64,000 nt of DNA. Origin: Isurus oxyrinchus. Its lineage: Eukaryota. The notes under the pieces were generated by a model. The model did not search any database. It worked only from the letters and a program-made list of their open reading frames with translations, and had not been told where the DNA came from. This document shows, in pieces, positions 60,218 through 64,000 of this stretch (within the stretch, counting starts at the first letter, position 1; the number at the start of each line of letters is the position of its first letter). The position numbers and the translations under genes are program-made. The stretch spans positions 168,144,001-168,208,000 of the forward strand of contig JANJGN010000007.1 of the NCBI GenBank assembly GCA_026770705.1, in the 5' to 3' direction.

Positions 60218-61689
60218 CCAGGACAGTGAGATAGCAGCTTGTGGCCATGCTACCGTGAGGGAAACGAGTTGGGTACAGGAATTTTACCCGCTACTCACCT
60301 CAAGATTACTCCAAAATGTCAAGACTCACTGTAGCACTCTATACTGCACCCTGTTGTTTAAGAATTTCTTTCCTAATAGAACAATCATATACTGTAATTG
60401 TTTCATAATATACTTCTAAATCAAGCAGGTTTCTTTTATTTCATTCCCATAAACCTAAATTTTCAATGCATTAGAAAATCAAAATTCTCTTTGCACACAA
60501 TATTATAGTCCTTACACAATGGAATAAAGTCTGTGTCCGACATACTTCACCTTCCCCCTTTCTCCTGAAGTCAGAAATTTCCAAAGAGGTTTTAATTGCT
60601 GTTTATTGGGGCCAGGTTCAATGAACTACTGTTCAACTCAAGCAGTACTGTGTTGCGCTTTTTTAAAAATAAAAAAATCAATTTAAATTAGGGCACAGCC
60701 TATTTGCATGTTAAAAATTACTTGTGTTTCCCTTGAGGAACCTGCTCAAATTTCATGTGTACCCTTTGTATATGTCAATATGGCACATTAGCATCGAGGT
60801 ATATTTAGTGAACACTGATAATTAAGGTTTTGTACTTAGAATTAAAGTGGATTAACCATTTTGATGCAGTATAATCATTGAAGCAATACTGAACCACAGG
60901 ACCTATACAAAAGTATTAAATGTTTATAAAGTTGCAGTGAACAAGGCTGTTTAAGGCCCTTTTAATATATACATATGGCAGTTTTCCACCTATTGCCAAA
61001 CGTGTGGGTTTTTTTTTCACAGCTCCTGATGCCTTTGTAAATCCTGAAGGCTCTGAAAATCAAACATAGATCTATTTTATTGGAAGAACAACTTGTTCAA
61101 TATTACACATGTGTTACATAAGGATTTGTTCAATTAAATGAGCAGTTTTAACAGATACTTTTAACAAATAGCGATTACTGAACTTTTGCTTCAGTGCCTC
61201 ACAAAAACTACATTTCCATTGATGTTGCATGCGCAGTTTGCCATGGAACCAATGCAGAAATGATTTTGGTTAATAATGTAGCATTAAGACAAGCGCAACC
61301 ATCATTAAGTGAAAGTCTTTAAGTAAAATTATTTTTCTGAAAACTACATGTTTCTATGGACAAAAATCTGAAATATTTGTTTAGGAATGTGTCAGAGCTT
61401 ATCCGTACATGAATAGCCAAGTAATCGAGTCTTTGCAGCCCTAAGTTTTGTGGGATTTAAGAAGAGGGAAATAAAAGAGCTCTGAACATTTTTTTTTACT
61501 GTAAAGGTCACCTGAGGAGATGGATGTGGTGGCAATTAACAGATTTGATTGTCTTAAGACTTGAACATGTTTGCTTTCCTGGAGATAAATTCTCAGAAAA
61601 TTAAAAGAAAGACTGTTTATTATTCCAAAATAAACTTCAAAAAATAAGGTTTAAAGAGCGAGTTTAAAAAAAAAGGTTAAATTGTTTGC

Positions 61690-61886
61690 GTCGGCTTTGC
61701 ACAGCCAGATAGGACCAATAAAACAGATAACCCTAAATCTTGTTCCTGCTCTGTTTTTGAGCGAGTCATTGTGAGATTTGTGGAGGCGGATTCGATACTC
61801 CCCGGTGACTGCTTTGGACTGTAAAATGCAGACATGGTAACAACTGCTGGGACTGCTTCTGTAGGTTTGCATGCTTGCAAGTGAGT
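61690..61886 (+). other. Candidate alternative promoter/first exon
   Basis: CCAAT at about 61716, a local CpG cluster, a Kozak-context GACATGG (ATG at 61834), an open frame MVTTAGTASVGLHAC, and a strong donor CAA|GTGAGT at 61880/61881. Confidence 0.3.
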
Positions 61887-62814
61887 TATTTATAGCCTTG
61901 CAGGTAATTGGTTTGACAGGAGTTTATGGAATCATTTCAGTATATAAGGCAAAGTTTAATTTTTCTGCCTTGTGTTGCAGCTCATCATAATTCCAATGCC
62001 TCTATGTGCCCAGGAAGGAGGGGTCACATGTGAAATCCTGTCTCCAAATCCCATAGAAATTTCTGAGCTGCCTTTGTACTGCGTGATGAAATGAGCTCTG
62101 AATTAATGAGATGTTTTGAATTAGTGAAGTCACAGTTATTGGAGCAGAGGTAGTGTTGTCAGTGACTGCTTTAAATGAAGACGGTTGCAGTTAAAACAAG
62201 GTGGCCCACTTACTGTCCAGATCTTCACATCCTTCAGCTGATTAGCAGTACAAACGCAAATAATGACTTGCCTCAATGCCTTTTAACGTGTTTTCATTCC
62301 ACCTCGAACCATACCGCGGAGGCCTATTAGGTTCCGTGGGTCAAAACTATGAAAAGCAGCTTACAGAGGAAAGGAGTGGGTGGTGAAAGAAGCAATCAGC
62401 TGGTTGTGTCTTTATTAATATGCTTAAGGGTTAAGTTGGGTCTTTTAGTCTTTAATTTCTCTAAGGGTGATGTGTATTTGTAGAGTTTGGCACTTGCCTG
62501 CTTTGTTCTCAGGCAATCCGTATACAGCTCCCGCCTGTCATCAAGGATCATTTTTGTTGGCTGCCTCTTTAGACTGACTGCTGCCTGTCCCATTGAACCA
62601 AGCAGCCTTTACAATTTCCCAGTGGTTTCGGTGGACATGCAAGAGTTTGCAACCTCAGCATTTTGGGGGGCCAGCTATGTGTGGGGAACTCATTTGACTA
62701 TGATCAAACCTTGTTTATTCTGATTTCTTCCAAATATACTAGTTAAAATTTGGTAAAATCTGCCACATTTGCAGCTGTCGGTTCAAAAAAATTGTCCAAG
62801 GAGAACAATGCTAC

Positions 62815-62930
62815 TTTCTGACAGAGTGGCTTCCTGAAAGGTGAACCTGCCTTATCTCCCTTCATGTGCTGACAAACCTGCTGTGTGTTCTCAGTATTTT
62901 CCATTTTTGTTTCAGAATGCCAGCAGTTTC
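62815..62930 (+). mobile_element. Old Penelope-like pLTR fragment
   Basis: CCTGAAAGGTGAAC..ACCTGCTGTGTGTTCTCAGTATTTTCCATTTTTGTTTCAGAATGCCAGCA is the reverse orientation of the 48150 repeat. Confidence 0.6.
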
Positions 62931-63289
62931 CTTTCTCTTTTGATCTTGAGTGTGGTTTATTGTGGATCTAGTCTTAATCTTTATTTTTAAATAGATGTTT
63001 TTATTTTATACTTTTTCAGCAACCGCCCCCACCCCCCCACCCCCAAACACAACCCTTACTCTCCACCCAAGAGTCACTTGCTGTTTCACAGATCTCTTCA
63101 GAATGAGACTGGGGTGATTTGATTGTGCCTTTCTGCATGACAGCAACCAAAGCAACTCTGTATTGGAGGAGGGAAGGAACACCCAGCTTTAATTTTCTCT
63201 TCTCTTCCTGTTTTTCCTCCCCTCTGTAATGATTTTGCTACTTTGATAGGACTACCCATGAATCACTGAACTGACAAACCGATTATTTA

Positions 63290-63435
63290 AGGAGGGATAT
63301 ACTTGCATTGAGGCAGTTCAAAGAAGGTGCATGAGGTTGATTCCTGGGGTGAAGGAGTTGTCTTATAAGATTGAGTAGGTTGGGCCTATACTCACTGGAG
63401 TTTAAAAGAATGAGAGCTGATCTTATTGAAACATA
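63290..63435 (+). mobile_element. CR1 fragment
   Basis: GATATACTTGCATTGAGGCAGTTCAAAGAAGG..GGCCTATACTCACTGGAGTTTAAAAGAATGAGAGCTGATCTTATTGAAACATA. Confidence 0.85.
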
Positions 63436-64000
63436 AAATATTTTGTCTTGGATTTAGGGTCTGGTTGGGATTTCTTTAGGTTTGCCTATGCTGCCGTAGA
63501 CTGTTATTCATAGAATCCATTCCTGTTTATTTATGGATCTATATACATCTCAGTACTCTACAGGAGGTTGTATTTCTGTTTTCCACCAGATCTCAGTTTC
63601 TTAGTTGTGTGACATTGCATCATAGATACATCAGCAGTTACATTAGTATCAGGTTCTCCTGATGTTAACTCTTTACTCTACATCTCCCCCAAAGTCTTTA
63701 TCCCAACTATATACATACTCCTACACAAAGCCTCAGACTTCACAGGGTTAGTCTCTGTGATGCCTTGACTAATCTCTCTGATCTAGTCCCGATTTCATTT
63801 TGAACTGCACTGTCTCATTGTTCATACGAGTGTCCTCCACTGAGTGGTTGTTCCTGGTTCCTTGTCTTCATCCGGATATAAATAATGCATCTGAGATTCC
63901 ATTGGTTTCCTTCCCAATGAATCAAGGCTCTTTAGTTCCTTCTGGCCCGTCTCAATTTTAAAAAATCTCAGCTATGGAGCTCTTTCCATTACAATGCCTT

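Noticed and set aside
1-64000. CRISPR arrays, operons, rRNA or known miRNAs
   Set aside because: No regularly spaced repeats, no gene-dense prokaryotic structure, and no rRNA or mature miRNA sequence recognised by eye.

Overview
This is AT-rich, CpG-depleted vertebrate DNA. Its repeat content (Deu-domain SINEs, CR1 and L2 LINE ends, Penelope-like pLTRs, Harbinger MITEs) points to a cartilaginous fish, probably a shark; that assignment is inference. I recognise no intact host gene. The listed ORFs are either chance ORFs or decayed transposon ORFs, so the window looks like a large intron or gene desert. Main elements: (1) the 5' end of a Gmr1-type Gypsy LTR retrotransposon at the window start. 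(2) A full-length but dead two-gene PIF/Harbinger transposon at 51329-54845, with a HARBI1-like DDE transposase, a spliced Myb/SANT partner gene, TIRs and an AGT target-site duplication (TSD). (3) Four related ~700-bp Harbinger MITEs. (4) Several Penelope-like pieces carrying minimal hammerhead-ribozyme motifs, including two fold-back palindromes with a hammerhead on each strand (7472-7710 and 36277-36586) and a GIY-YIG fragment with an 11-bp TSD. (5) An LTR plus tRNA-Pro-like PBS remnant with an unidentified decayed ORF (31-33 kb), and a probable solo LTR. (6) Repeat-free blocks that look like conserved non-coding elements, a candidate microexon (23959), a perfect DR5 element (29854) and a candidate alternative first exon (about 61.7-61.9 kb). 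All family names come from recalled motifs, not database searches. Boundaries without a TSD or TIR are approximate.
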